IMG/VR virus record: IMGVR_UViG_3300038313_000452
Span: 1 to 45,840 of that record
Strand: one strand, 5' to 3'
Length of the DNA stretch: 45,840 nt
Source: a virus
Lineage: Duplodnaviria; Caudoviricetes
Shown here: positions 1 through 10,358 of the stretch, in pieces
Position numbering within the stretch: position 1 is the stretch's first letter
How the letters are laid out: each line of letters opens with the position of its first letter
Notes under the pieces: model-generated
Databases searched by the model: none
What the model was told of the DNA's origin: nothing
What the model saw: only the letters and a program-made list of their open reading frames with translations
Program-made: the position numbers and the translations under genes

Positions 1-213
1 ATGGGAAAATATTCATTTCAAAGAGGTTTTAAACAGGTGCAACAGAAAGATGTCCCCGCCGTTAGGAAGAAAATAATGAACGCACTTGGAATAGACTCGC
101 GCGGCGGATGGCGTCTTCGGCTGAATGGAAACGTTGAGCCGAAGGTATCGGAGGCAGCTACGATAGAGAAAATTTTTGCAGAGTACAATATTACAGACGT
201 GTGGGGATCATGA
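1..213 (+). CDS. Small Cro-like/HTH early regulator (putative)
   Basis: 70 aa basic protein heading the early operon; stop overlaps next start (ATGA at 210-213). Confidence 0.5.
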   Translation: MGKYSFQRGFKQVQQKDVPAVRKKIMNALGIDSRGGWRLRLNGNVEPKVSEAATIEKIFAEYNITDVWGS

Positions 214-602
214 ATGCCTATACGAACCTCACCCGGCGCGAGCGTGAAATAGCAGAATTATTTGCTTGGGGTGCTTCAAAGAAAGAAGTTGCTGAGCAGC
301 TTTTTATTTCCGAGCGAACTGTTGAAAATCATGCTCGCAGTATATACAGCAAAACCGGGTGTAAAAAAGTGAATGAACTGTCCGCATGGTGGTTCTGTCA
401 TAGGTTCCGCATCCCGATGAGTTTGTCTCCTCTTGCGCGTAATATCGTGGCTACCGTGTTGCTGACCTTTTACCTTTTCGGCACGATCAACACCGTGTCA
501 AATCATCAACGAGTTAGGGTGCGTCCCCGAATTAGTAATTCAACACGTGCTCGCAGGAATGAAAATCGAAACGAAAAACAATTAAATATTTACGCCGCAT
601 GA
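210..602 (+). CDS. LuxR-type HTH transcription regulator with C-terminal hydrophobic segment
   Basis: LTRREREIAELFAWGASKKEVAEQLFISERTVENHARSIYSK matches the LuxR/GerE HTH pattern; ATG at 210 preferred to GTG at 201. Confidence 0.85.
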   Translation: MNAYTNLTRREREIAELFAWGASKKEVAEQLFISERTVENHARSIYSKTGCKKVNELSAWWFCHRFRIPMSLSPLARNIVATVLLTFYLFGTINTVSNHQRVRVRPRISNSTRARRNENRNEKQLNIYAA

Positions 603-928
603 AAAAAGTAGAAATTATTATCCGCCCACATTTCATGATAGTAAAAGTGGGTAGCGAGTACGCGACAATGAACAGGAACCCCGACAAAAAGGGGCTGAGA
701 AAAATATCGTTCACATGTCCTGTTTATACCTCGAACGCGGACGTGATCGAAGAATCCGGAATCGCGGAAGTAGAGTCAATAAACTTCGAAAATTGCACGA
801 TCACTTTTCGTGCTCTTCCTTTTTATGAAACTCACCTGATGAGTGAATTGATAACCGATATTATTCAAAAAAATGAAGAAAAAGCTGCTCAGGAAAATGA
901 AGAAGAGGGTCAAGAATATCGAGGATGA
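599..928 (+). CDS. Hypothetical phage protein
   Basis: 109 aa ORF coupled to the upstream stop (ATGA). Confidence 0.7.
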   Translation: MKKVEIIIRPHFMIVKVGSEYATMNRNPDKKGLRKISFTCPVYTSNADVIEESGIAEVESINFENCTITFRALPFYETHLMSELITDIIQKNEEKAAQENEEEGQEYRG

Positions 929-1010
929 CTGGCTTGATGTAACCATCTATGCTCTCCTATTAGTAGTGCTGTCAGGTTTACTAATTGCCCTTGTGATATT
1001 GAACAAATAA
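873..1010 (+). CDS. Small single-pass membrane protein (45 aa; alternative ATG at 897), below ORF-track cutoff
   Basis: Manual translation MKKKLLRKMKKRVKNIEDDWLDVTIYALLLVVLSGLLIALVILNK*; fills the gap 929-1037. Confidence 0.45.
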   Translation: MKKKLLRKMKKRVKNIEDDWLDVTIYALLLVVLSGLLIALVILNK

Positions 1011-1037
1011 CAATTTAACTATTTAACAATAAACAGT

Positions 1038-1304
1038 ATGAAAATTTTAGAAGCAAAAATCGAATTTGAAAAAGACGGTAAATTAAAGAAAGTGGCAGTA
1101 TTAGTTGACTTCACGCACAGTGATATAACCCCTTTTTCAGATGTCCGTGCAATCGTGGCCACCACGAAGCCGATATGGGGTTATACAGTGATTCAACCTG
1201 ACGAGCCTCTGAGCATTGAGTTAATAAAAAGAGTAGCGGGTAAAGGTAATCGGGAGAGTGACACAAAGGAGTTCCCGGGATGGAAAAAAAGACATAAGGC
1301 ATGA
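1038..1304 (+). CDS. Hypothetical phage protein
   Basis: 88 aa ORF with AT-rich leader in early operon. Confidence 0.7.
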   Translation: MKILEAKIEFEKDGKLKKVAVLVDFTHSDITPFSDVRAIVATTKPIWGYTVIQPDEPLSIELIKRVAGKGNRESDTKEFPGWKKRHKA

Positions 1305-1642
1305 TACCAGTAAAAAGCATAATGAGTTTTCCGGAACCGGTATTGGAGTTCTTGGGAGATTTTATTGAGAGGATTGAATATTTTCGTTTTGAGGCCAAAA
1401 TATTCTCGATACACGATACCCTACCCTTGCAAAATCTTGACCTGTGGATCGAAGCTTATATCGATATCTTCCCTGAATTACAAGATTTTCGTGATGAGGT
1501 TCGTGCGGAAATGAAGCGTTTCAAAGTAGATCTTCACCCTGCTTGGGTCTATGAAAAGGAGAACAACCATAGGTATTACTCGTCTGCAAAAAAAATAGAG
1601 ACTCTCCGGGAATTAGTCAAAGAATTGAAGAACAATCAATAG
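1301..1642 (+). CDS. Hypothetical phage protein
   Basis: 113 aa ORF, ATGA overlap with upstream gene. Confidence 0.7.
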   Translation: MIPVKSIMSFPEPVLEFLGDFIERIEYFRFEAKIFSIHDTLPLQNLDLWIEAYIDIFPELQDFRDEVRAEMKRFKVDLHPAWVYEKENNHRYYSSAKKIETLRELVKELKNNQ

Positions 1643-1643
1643 T

Positions 1644-1832
1644 ATGAATTTAGAAGAATTAAGATTACACTTTTCCCGCGTTCGGAAAATGCAGACATAC
1701 GTGAAAGATTTAGAAGATAGGATCACCAACGACAATTCGGATGATGCGATAACTTTAAAAAATTCCTATTCTCGAGTCAAAACAGAACTTAGGTACTTGC
1801 TATCAAAACACTACAATGCAGAAGTGGAATGA
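1644..1832 (+). CDS. Hypothetical phage protein
   Basis: 62 aa ORF tightly packed in operon. Confidence 0.6.
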   Translation: MNLEELRLHFSRVRKMQTYVKDLEDRITNDNSDDAITLKNSYSRVKTELRYLLSKHYNAEVE

Positions 1833-2098
1833 ATACTGATTTCCTTAAATATCGCCTTACGGACTTATCCGAAATTGAGAAAATAAAGGAAGAGATGGGA
1901 GCTAAGGAGTATTACTCTTATGCTATTAATATTTATAAGTTTTACGCGGAGATGGAGCGGGATCAGACGTTTGATTTAACGAAGAGAGTGAAAAAAGAGA
2001 ATGTTGAAAAATTCGTAAAAATCACCTGCCTGTATATGTCGGACTTCCCCGGACATCTGCAAGTAAATGAAACGTTTACAAAAATCTTGAGATTATGA
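1829..2098 (+). CDS. Hypothetical phage protein
   Basis: 89 aa ORF with ATGA overlaps on both sides. Confidence 0.7.
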   Translation: MNTDFLKYRLTDLSEIEKIKEEMGAKEYYSYAINIYKFYAEMERDQTFDLTKRVKKENVEKFVKITCLYMSDFPGHLQVNETFTKILRL

Positions 2099-2487
2099 GT
2101 TCTTGGTCAGAAGAGGATAGAAATTTCGCATTGCAAAACGCGGGAAAAATGTCGTTCGAAGAGATCGGACGCGCGGTAGGGAGATCCAAAAACGCGGTCC
2201 ATCTTTTTCTGCATCGACAGCGTAAATCATACAAACCAACTGTAAGAAAGAACTTGATTATCGAAATACTTGATCTCGCGTTCACGAAAGCCGAGTACTT
2301 TAATCCCACGCGCGAGTTCTTCGAGACGGTAGGAATAACCCAGATGCGATTTTGGTCATTGTACCGGGGGGAAGCATCTCCGACCGAACAGGAGTATAAA
2401 ATTATCAAGGAACACCTTGGGGTGACGAGCGAGCAGGTGTTCGAAAATAGACAACTATCAATATTTGACGAAAAAAGTAATAGATGA
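2095..2487 (+). CDS. HTH DNA-binding protein
   Basis: WSEEDRNFAL...MSFEEIGRAVGRSKNAV HTH pattern plus a second XRE-like segment (VGITQMRFWSLYRGEASPT). Confidence 0.65.
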   Translation: MSSWSEEDRNFALQNAGKMSFEEIGRAVGRSKNAVHLFLHRQRKSYKPTVRKNLIIEILDLAFTKAEYFNPTREFFETVGITQMRFWSLYRGEASPTEQEYKIIKEHLGVTSEQVFENRQLSIFDEKSNR

Positions 2488-5400
2488 TGATACCTAATGA
2501 AATTATAGACAGAATTGTGCAATCGGCCGATATCGTGGCAACGATATCTGAATTCGTCACCCTGAAAAAGGCGGGTGTAAATTACAAGTGCATTTGCCCC
2601 TTTCACGAGGATAAGGATGCCAGTTTGGTTGTCTCGCCAAACAAAAAAATATGGAAATGTTTCGGATGCGGGGAGGGAGGCAACATTATCTCGTTTGTAC
2701 AAAAGAGCGAATCGATATCATTCCCGGAGGCAGTAGATTTCGTGGCATCGAAATACAACATAACGGTTCCGAAAAAAGATTTAACGGATGAAGAGAGAAA
2801 GAAAATACAAGCACGTGAATCACTACATATTGCCCTGCAAGCGGCACAGGAACATTTTAGCTCGAAATTGGGTGATAAACCGGCTAAAGATTATCTCGAA
2901 ACACGAAAGATTGCTCCGGAAACCCTGAAAAAATATGGTGCGGGATACGCTCCCAAGGATTTCACGCTACTCTCAAAAACCTTGACACAAAAAGGATATG
3001 AGACAAAACACCTTATCGATGCCGGGCTCCTGAATCCGAAGGAGAGTAAAGTGTATGATCGTTTCATCGACCGGATCACTTTCCCATTTTATAATCTTAC
3101 CGGACGAATAATTGGCTTCACCGGCCGGGCCATAGAAGACAACGATTTCGCGAAATACCTGAACAGCCCGGACACGATCCTCTTCGAGAAGGGAAAAGTC
3201 CTGTTTGGATTGTGGCAATCTAAACAGCACATCCAGTTAAAAAATGAAGCATACTTGGTTGAAGGTCAGTTCGACGTACTCGGCATGGAAGAAATGGGTT
3301 ATCACAATGTCGTGTGCGGATCAGGAACTGCCTTCACCAATGATCAGGCGAAAACGCTTAAGAAATTCACATCGAATGTCACGTTGATTTATGACGGTGA
3401 CGCCGCTGGCGTGAAAGCCGCCATCCGGAATATCGACATCCTCCTTGCCGCTGGCCTGAACGTCCGTGCCGCCTTATTACCTAAAGGACAGGATCCCGAT
3501 TCATATGTACGAAAACAGGGAAAAGAGAAATTCGATAAATGGCTTAAAAAGAATAAAGTTGATTTCATCACATTTATTTACAAGATCCACTCGGACGAAA
3601 TCAACGATCCGATCCGAAAGACTGAAGTGCTCCAGTCCATCGCCCAGTCCATCGCCTCTGTGCCCTCGAAGATTGCCCAGAGAAATTACATATCAAATCT
3701 GGCCGTCAAGTTTAAGGCGGATGAGGCCTTGTTGAGCGAGCTTGTAAAAAAATCAGTAAGCCCGGCAATCGTCGAGGACAATAAAGTCACCACCAAACCG
3801 GGGGTGTATGGACTTGAAGACGCCCGGGAATTAATTGGACAGGACAAAAGAGAGTTAACGATTACGTATGATCCAGCTGTTTTCTCTGAACACTGGGGTG
3901 CAAAGCCAACTATTTTCATCGTTGGAGAACCGACTTCAACGGATATACAAGACATCCGGAGCATATCATACGTGATCAACTGCCAAGACGCGATCTCCAT
4001 CAAAGATGACATGATGGAGCCGCCAATTCTGAAGTTGCTCAAGCAAATGCACACGTCGGGCTTCACGGTGAATATTTTAAAAGAGAAAAAACCGGCAAAA
4101 GATGGAGAGGGTCCTCAATTCGAGGTATATTCTTTCACCGAATCTTACATCGAACTATATTCCGCTTTCAAAAATGACTCGGAGTATCGGCAAAACACCG
4201 GCATTGAACGTTGCGCGGAGCTGCTCTCTTATGCAGATGAAATAACCTTGAGCGTCAGGCTCAAGGATTACGCGCAAACGCTTGGTATTACTAAGATGGC
4301 CTTGGAGAAAGTGATCAAGCCATTTCTCGATAAAAGAAAATCGGACACGAAGTTCAAAAATGACCTCAACGAAGATGACGATGTTATCCCTGTCACTTCT
4401 TCCCGTCTTCCCGATTACGTGCTTGAAAACGAAGAGTTGATGCGGCAATTTAACCAACATGGATTTTTCCCGATGTTGGATAAAAAGAACCGGAAGATCG
4501 CGTACCTCTTCAAACGCAGCAATGCCTATATCCGGGTTGGGAACTTCTACATCGAACCGCTGTTGCACATATACGATAAAAATTCGGAGAACAATAAACG
4601 TGTCGTTGAGCTCACCCAGCGACGGAAACCCTATCCTCAATATATAGAATGGATATCGAAAGACATGATCACCATGCAGTCGTTCCGACAACGGCTATGG
4701 GAAGAGGGTGATATCACGTTTAGCAACGGCAGCCAAGACTACCTGAACGCCATCAACGAAAGCTGGGAGGGGAAGTTCAAGCTATGCACCGAGTTGCGGA
4801 TGTACGGTTTTTACGACGAGGGATTCTTCGCTTTCTCCAACGCCATATATCATCAGGTTGACGAAGTGTGGAAACTGGATGAAGTGAACGATCTTGGCTT
4901 GGTTGAACACAACGGCCTCAACTACTACATACCGGTTTATTCGAAAATATACCGCAACGAACGCCGAGATAACGATAAATACTATCTCGATCGTTTCATG
5001 CGATATCGCTCCCCGGATCAACCTCTGGGTTTTCCAGAGTGGGCCGCTCTGATGAATGAAGTGTATAAGGAAAACGAGAACGGGAAGTGGGCGATAATCT
5101 ACACCTTCATGTGCGCTTTTCGTAGCGACATCTTCTCGGTTGACCGGATTTTCACCGCCTTATTCTTCATCGGGCCCACCGGATCTGGAAAATCAGAGAT
5201 AGCATACTCGATTCGGTCGATATTCATGCCGCTGGAGTCACCCATTTTTAACCTTAATCAGGGAACGGACGCCGCCATGTTCACGCTTATGGAGAAATAT
5301 AGAGACGTCCCGGTAATTCTCGATGAGTATAACGACAACCAAATCTCGGATGTCAAATTCCAAGGCCTGAAGGCGGCGGTTTACGATGGTGAGGGCAAAC

Positions 5401-6413
5401 AAAAACGAAAGGATGCCGGATCCAAGGAATTGGACACATCAGAAATAAATTCACCCCTTGTACTGTGCGGACAAGAGTCGCCACAGCGAGACGACAACTC
5501 GCTGGCCAACCGTTCGATTATTCGCACGGTTCCGAAAAAAGACGACAGAAGCGAAGCGGAAGACGAGATATTTAAGAAGCTAAAGGAATACGAAAAATCA
5601 GGTCTTCAGAATATCCTTCTCAAAATACTGCAGCACCGGAAAACAGTTCGAAATAACTACTCGCGAATACAGCGTGAGGTGTACAAGGAATTGAAAACAA
5701 AAGTGCGAGAGAACGTGGTAAATTCAGACGGGTTAAGCAGGATCCTGAACACCTACTCGATGTTCCTCGCGATGTGCAAGGTTATCGTGACATACACGGA
5801 ATTCGAACTGCCTTTCACGTACGAGGAATTTGAAGACATAGCAGTGCGTGAATTACTCAAACAAGTGGAAAGTATCAGCAGCTCCAACCGTTTATACACT
5901 TTTTTCAGCACGATTGATATGCTTATCGACAACAAGCACATTGTTGAAGGTCGTGATTTCAAAATTGAAGCCCCGGGCAGCTTGATGCTGAAGAAGCAAG
6001 GAAACACAACATACGAGAAAATACTTGATCCGGCAGACATCAACGTTATTCACATCCGTATTGACAATATTTACCCACATTACTCGAGATATATTGGAAA
6101 GGAATCGCTATCAAGAGCATCGCTGGTGGCTTATCTGCAGAGTCATGAATCTTGGATTGGGCAATCAAAAGCGACTCGATTCTCGTGGAAGGAAACTATT
6201 GAAACAACATCGGGCCTAACCAGGCAGATTGACTTGACCGAATCGGTACCAGATCCTACAATGACGAAGGTACGAGTAGATCAAACAAAAATCACCTCCA
6301 GTATCGTGCTCAACTATGATGTATTGAAAGAGCTGCTTTCGGTTGATTATCAACGTGGGGATCAGTTTTCTGGGATGTCAATAGAAAATACGGAAGAAGA
6401 ATTAATGTTTTAA
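2484..6413 (+). CDS. dnaG: DnaG-type primase fused to a C-terminal P-loop NTPase (primase-helicase), 1309 aa
   Basis: CHC2 zinc finger CPFHEDK...WKCFGC, KYLNSPDT, TOPRIM EGQFD and YDGD, PKGQDPD; Walker A GPTGSGKS and Walker B VILDE in the C-terminal half. Confidence 0.92.
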   Translation: MMIPNEIIDRIVQSADIVATISEFVTLKKAGVNYKCICPFHEDKDASLVVSPNKKIWKCFGCGEGGNIISFVQKSESISFPEAVDFVASKYNITVPKKDLTDEERKKIQARESLHIALQAAQEHFSSKLGDKPAKDYLETRKIAPETLKKYGAGYAPKDFTLLSKTLTQKGYETKHLIDAGLLNPKESKVYDRFIDRITFPFYNLTGRIIGFTGRAIEDNDFAKYLNSPDTILFEKGKVLFGLWQSKQHIQLKNEAYLVEGQFDVLGMEEMGYHNVVCGSGTAFTNDQAKTLKKFTSNVTLIYDGDAAGVKAAIRNIDILLAAGLNVRAALLPKGQDPDSYVRKQGKEKFDKWLKKNKVDFITFIYKIHSDEINDPIRKTEVLQSIAQSIASVPSKIAQRNYISNLAVKFKADEALLSELVKKSVSPAIVEDNKVTTKPGVYGLEDARELIGQDKRELTITYDPAVFSEHWGAKPTIFIVGEPTSTDIQDIRSISYVINCQDAISIKDDMMEPPILKLLKQMHTSGFTVNILKEKKPAKDGEGPQFEVYSFTESYIELYSAFKNDSEYRQNTGIERCAELLSYADEITLSVRLKDYAQTLGITKMALEKVIKPFLDKRKSDTKFKNDLNEDDDVIPVTSSRLPDYVLENEELMRQFNQHGFFPMLDKKNRKIAYLFKRSNAYIRVGNFYIEPLLHIYDKNSENNKRVVELTQRRKPYPQYIEWISKDMITMQSFRQRLWEEGDITFSNGSQDYLNAINESWEGKFKLCTELRMYGFYDEGFFAFSNAIYHQVDEVWKLDEVNDLGLVEHNGLNYYIPVYSKIYRNERRDNDKYYLDRFMRYRSPDQPLGFPEWAALMNEVYKENENGKWAIIYTFMCAFRSDIFSVDRIFTALFFIGPTGSGKSEIAYSIRSIFMPLESPIFNLNQGTDAAMFTLMEKYRDVPVILDEYNDNQISDVKFQGLKAAVYDGEGKQKRKDAGSKELDTSEINSPLVLCGQESPQRDDNSLANRSIIRTVPKKDDRSEAEDEIFKKLKEYEKSGLQNILLKILQHRKTVRNNYSRIQREVYKELKTKVRENVVNSDGLSRILNTYSMFLAMCKVIVTYTEFELPFTYEEFEDIAVRELLKQVESISSSNRLYTFFSTIDMLIDNKHIVEGRDFKIEAPGSLMLKKQGNTTYEKILDPADINVIHIRIDNIYPHYSRYIGKESLSRASLVAYLQSHESWIGQSKATRFSWKETIETTSGLTRQIDLTESVPDPTMTKVRVDQTKITSSIVLNYDVLKELLSVDYQRGDQFSGMSIENTEEELMF

Positions 6414-6423
6414 ATAAAAAATT

Positions 6424-6612
6424 ATGGACGAATTTACAGCGAAGCAACTCATTCGGCTTGGAGAGATTCAGACTGAATTGTCACTATTACTGCATTCAAT
6501 CGAGAATCCAGGCGCAACTACTCCTGTGTTCAAGGATGAGATGGTTAGAAGGATTTATAGCAGGATGGTTTTTATGCGGGTTCAGATCAAGGAATTAAAA
6601 TCAAGAAAATAA
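6424..6612 (+). CDS. Hypothetical phage protein
   Basis: 62 aa ORF with AT-rich leader. Confidence 0.55.
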   Translation: MDEFTAKQLIRLGEIQTELSLLLHSIENPGATTPVFKDEMVRRIYSRMVFMRVQIKELKSRK

Positions 6613-6638
6613 AATAGAAGTAGCTAATTAAAATCACT

Positions 6639-6857
6639 ATGGAAAAAGAAATAATCAATTGCGTATGCATGGTGTGTGGTATTAGAAATGACCACTCACA
6701 TGAAGATGGCCTTTGTCAAAACGGCCACGATGACTGGCTTGAGTACTATGATGTGGTTCACGAAAACGAATTCTTTGATTTCGCATGTAAGAAGTTTAAT
6801 ATCCCACCTCAGCAAATGAAGGAAAAATTCATGGATAACACGGTATTACAATTTTAA
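6639..6857 (+). CDS. Hypothetical Cys/His-rich protein
   Basis: 72 aa; CMVC...CQNGH possible metal-binding residues. Confidence 0.6.
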   Translation: MEKEIINCVCMVCGIRNDHSHEDGLCQNGHDDWLEYYDVVHENEFFDFACKKFNIPPQQMKEKFMDNTVLQF

Positions 6858-6860
6858 AAT

Positions 6861-8432
6861 ATGAAAAAGAGCTATCTCACAATTACCGATCAGTTTTGCG
6901 GTGCCGGCGGTTCGTCCCAGGGCGCCCGGCGATTGTCTCGGAAAATGGGCGGGGGATTGGAAATAAAATTGGCTATGAATCACTGGGAACTTGCCATCGA
7001 AACTCACAATACTAATTTTCCGGAAACAGACCATGATTGTGCTGACATTTCGGCCTCAGATCCACGGCGATATCAAAGCACGGATATTCTTCTGACCTCA
7101 CCAGAGTGTACGAATCACTCACTTGCAAAAGGAGTTAGCAGAAAATATCAGGTAACCAAGAATCTTTTCGGAGAGATAACAATAGATCTTTCCGCAATAA
7201 GATCAAGGGCTACAATGTGGGATGTGCCACGGTTCGCTGAAATTCACAGCTATAACCTGATTGTGGTAGAGAATGTTGTCGAAGCAAGGGATTGGATTAT
7301 GTGGGACGCATGGTTGCACGCAATGCACAATCTGGGATATCAACACAAATGCGTTTACATGAATTCAATGCACGCCATCCCGACTCCCCAGAGCCGGGAT
7401 CGCATGTATATCGTGTTCTGGAAAAAAGGGAATAAATCCCCTGATCTGGATTTTCGACCTAAAGCGTATTGCCACCATTGCGGAAAAGAGGTGGAATCGA
7501 TCCAAAGCTGGCGAAACCCTCGCAGGAAATACGGAAAATACAAACAGCAATACGATTATAGATGTCCCCGTTGCGGGAATCTGGTTGAACCTTACTACTA
7601 TGCTTCGTTCAACATAATCGATTGGTCTATCCCGGCACAAAGAATAGGGGATCGGAAAAAACCTTTGTCTCCAAATACAATCAAACGGATCAAACACGGT
7701 CTCCAGAGGCAAAAAGAATCCTCGTTCATTATCTACACCGATCATTCCAGCAATTTAGACCGGTCAACATCGATAACAGACAAAATGTTCACACAGTCCA
7801 CACGCCAGGTAGCTGCTTTAATAACTAAAGGAAGCTACGGCGGTGATATCAATCCCCTCTCCCATCCCCAATTCACTATGACCACGCAAAATAATTACGG
7901 ACTGATAGGACTGCCGATGATTATTAAGAACTATGGAGGGAACTTCAATCCTAAGAACTCACCTCTTCCGTTGAATCAACCTATTGATACAATCACGACG
8001 ATCGATAGTCACGGCGTATTAGGTATTCCCTTTATGGTCGAAAACAGGGGAAAATCCCTATCACGTGAAATGACTCAGGCAATGAGCACCCAGACAAGTA
8101 TGATTAACCACGGGATTCTCTCCACCGAAGCGGTTAATGCTTTCTTCTCCTATTATTACAGCAAAGCGCAATCATCCGGGATCAATGATCCGATCAGAAC
8201 GATGTCGACACGTGACCGGGTCGCCCTGATATTAAACACACCCGATAATGTGGAAGTGGAAGATTGCACATATCGTATGATCAAACCACATGAAGTCCAG
8301 CGTGCGATGGCATTCGAAGAGGACTATATCGTCTTAGGATCCGGAAAGGACAAAGTGAAACAACTCGGCAACGCCGTGACACCACCCGCTATGGAATGGC
8401 TTCTGGAAAGAGGCATTGAAACTTTTAATTGA
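6861..8432 (+). CDS. DNA (cytosine-5) methyltransferase, orphan
   Basis: Motif I DQFCGAGG, motif IV SPEC, motif VI ENV, motif VIII QSRDR, motif X QLGNAV. Confidence 0.93.
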   Translation: MKKSYLTITDQFCGAGGSSQGARRLSRKMGGGLEIKLAMNHWELAIETHNTNFPETDHDCADISASDPRRYQSTDILLTSPECTNHSLAKGVSRKYQVTKNLFGEITIDLSAIRSRATMWDVPRFAEIHSYNLIVVENVVEARDWIMWDAWLHAMHNLGYQHKCVYMNSMHAIPTPQSRDRMYIVFWKKGNKSPDLDFRPKAYCHHCGKEVESIQSWRNPRRKYGKYKQQYDYRCPRCGNLVEPYYYASFNIIDWSIPAQRIGDRKKPLSPNTIKRIKHGLQRQKESSFIIYTDHSSNLDRSTSITDKMFTQSTRQVAALITKGSYGGDINPLSHPQFTMTTQNNYGLIGLPMIIKNYGGNFNPKNSPLPLNQPIDTITTIDSHGVLGIPFMVENRGKSLSREMTQAMSTQTSMINHGILSTEAVNAFFSYYYSKAQSSGINDPIRTMSTRDRVALILNTPDNVEVEDCTYRMIKPHEVQRAMAFEEDYIVLGSGKDKVKQLGNAVTPPAMEWLLERGIETFN

Positions 8433-8557
8433 AAATATATGCAAAAGAATCATTTAGAAAAAGGAGTATGTAAGAAATGCGGGTACAGGAAGTTATTTAT
8501 ATGAATTACGATAAGCAGAAGACAGGATTATTTGATTAAACTATAAAACAAAACATC

Positions 8558-8845
8558 ATGACAGCAAAACAGTTTCAGAGCCTCTGTAGAAAAGGCATGT
8601 ACGTTCTTTATAACATTAAACCACCGGGTGCAAGCAGTCCCGGTGGTTTTTTTACGTCCGGTGGCTCGCCCCACTGCCCGGCACGGATGTGCCTCAAACA
8701 AGGGGTGCAGGATGCGTTGTTTCGCTCCACCGGGGAATGGGAGGCCCTGCAGGATGGTGAAGACACTGCCGCCGCCGGGATCCCGCACCTTGGCCAGCGA
8801 AACAATGCAGACAAACACCGCATTTGTTTCCCCTTGAGGGGATAA
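8558..8845 (+). CDS. Hypothetical phage protein
   Basis: 95 aa ORF with A-rich leader, same strand as operon; competing shadow ORFs. Confidence 0.5.
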   Translation: MTAKQFQSLCRKGMYVLYNIKPPGASSPGGFFTSGGSPHCPARMCLKQGVQDALFRSTGEWEALQDGEDTAAAGIPHLGQRNNADKHRICFPLRG

Positions 8846-8941
8846 AGGGGTAGATAAACAGAGCATCAAAAATCCCCCGCACCCCCTTTATTTAAAATGG
8901 AATAACATAAACATAAGCGTTGAAAACTTTTCACCAAGGCC

Positions 8942-9278
8942 GACCAACAGACCAACGAACCAACAGACAAACCAATAACTCCAAGTTTATAAAGTATATA
9001 TATTTAATTATCAATATATTATATTATTATCTATGTTATGTATCTTGTTGGTCGGTGTTGGTTTCTTCCTTTATTTTGTTGGTCGTTGTTGGTCGGGATA
9101 TCTGTTGGTTGGTTGGTGGTGGCCGACCAACAGTAACAACAATCAACCAACAAAAATTTCAACAATAATCGATATTTTTTCTCTACTTATTATTGTTTAA
9201 TTGCAAGATTATTAGTAATTTAGTAGTATGTTGCGCTTACGATATTTTCGTTTCTGTTGGTCTGTTGGTCTGTTGGTC
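8942..9278. repeat. Iteron-like (G/A)ACCAAC / GTTGGT(C/T) arrays flanking AT-rich tracts; candidate replication origin
   Basis: 8-bp-period array at 8942-8972, inverted copies at 9047, 9057, 9078, 9088, 9104, direct copies at 9125, 9145, and (TGTTGGTC)x3 at 9255-9278; AT-rich cores at ~8985-9045 and ~9165-9225. Confidence 0.75.
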
Positions 9279-9367
9279 ACGAAAATTACAACCCCGGAGG
9301 CAAAATATTTTTTTTAGCATGTTTTCGTGTTTTTGATATTTTTCTATTTAATAAAATTGGTTATCAG

Positions 9368-9853
9368 ATGGTTACAACTTATATCGAGATAAAAGATCAC
9401 TTGGTTGAATACATGCATCATAAGTACCTGGTGAAAGATTCTGACTACATCGACATTCCACACAGCGATGATCTGTATTACGTGCTCAATAATTTACGCA
9501 CTCGTCGCCCCATGAATAGTACGGAAAATACCGGGAATATGAAGTTCAGGGTGCCCGCACCAAGATCCGGCCGGGATCCCGAGATCTACAACCACTACTC
9601 GTCGGCCGCCATCGCCTCGATACAGTCTCGAATCAACCGAATGTTCAAGGCAGAATTTCATGACTTCATGGATCACCGGGTGGATGAGTGTGGTGATACC
9701 ATCATTGAAGCAGCTCTCCTCTTCATGGCTAAATATAAAATTACATCGATCGAATTGGATAGCCTCTCGAAAGACTACTACCGTTGGCGAAAAAAGCATC
9801 GTGCCGTCCGTAAGGTTCGCGCGTATAACTGTCAAAACAAACAGTATAAATAA
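9368..9853 (+). CDS. Hypothetical protein, possible late-gene regulator
   Basis: ATG at 9368 in frame with the 9257 ORF; basic C-terminus (KDYYRWRKKHR); sits between origin and late operon; function inferred from position only. Confidence 0.6.
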   Translation: MVTTYIEIKDHLVEYMHHKYLVKDSDYIDIPHSDDLYYVLNNLRTRRPMNSTENTGNMKFRVPAPRSGRDPEIYNHYSSAAIASIQSRINRMFKAEFHDFMDHRVDECGDTIIEAALLFMAKYKITSIELDSLSKDYYRWRKKHRAVRKVRAYNCQNKQYK

Positions 9854-9970
9854 AGTTAAAAGCATGATATATAAAGTTAAAAAACAACCTCCCAACCTAC
9901 CCTTTTTGTCCAATATGTGCGAAAAAATGGGAATAGTTGAATATCAACAATTTAAAAAACTACTCGCCCT

Positions 9971-10348
9971 ATGAAACTCGAATACGGAAATATCGTGAAA
10001 ATCTACCTGAAAGCTCAGGTGGAAAAAATAGAGGATAATACAGTTATCCCGTTTCCCGGGGAATCACCCGTCATAGTCCATGCTGATGATTTTGAAGCGG
10101 AACCTTCGACAACCGACAGCAAGTCTTCTCTCTTGACCACCACACCCATCACCATGTTTATCGACAAACTCAATGTGGATACGGGCATTTTCCGCATGAA
10201 GCGATCGGTTATCATCGAGATTTGCCAATCGAATGGTGAAACAAAGGTTATCGGATCCATTCGGTACCCGGCTCATCTAATTTTTTCAAAATCACTCAAT
10301 AAGGACATATTCAAGATAACGCACAAACAACCATCTTATCTTGACTGA
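9971..10348 (+). CDS. Hypothetical phage protein
   Basis: 125 aa ORF upstream of head module. Confidence 0.7.
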   Translation: MKLEYGNIVKIYLKAQVEKIEDNTVIPFPGESPVIVHADDFEAEPSTTDSKSSLLTTTPITMFIDKLNVDTGIFRMKRSVIIEICQSNGETKVIGSIRYPAHLIFSKSLNKDIFKITHKQPSYLD

Positions 10349-10358
10349 TAAATAAATA

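Noticed and set aside
8920-9367. ORF 8920-9168 and the 5' extension of ORF 9257
   Set aside because: Translations merely reflect the iteron and AT-rich repeats; non-ATG starts
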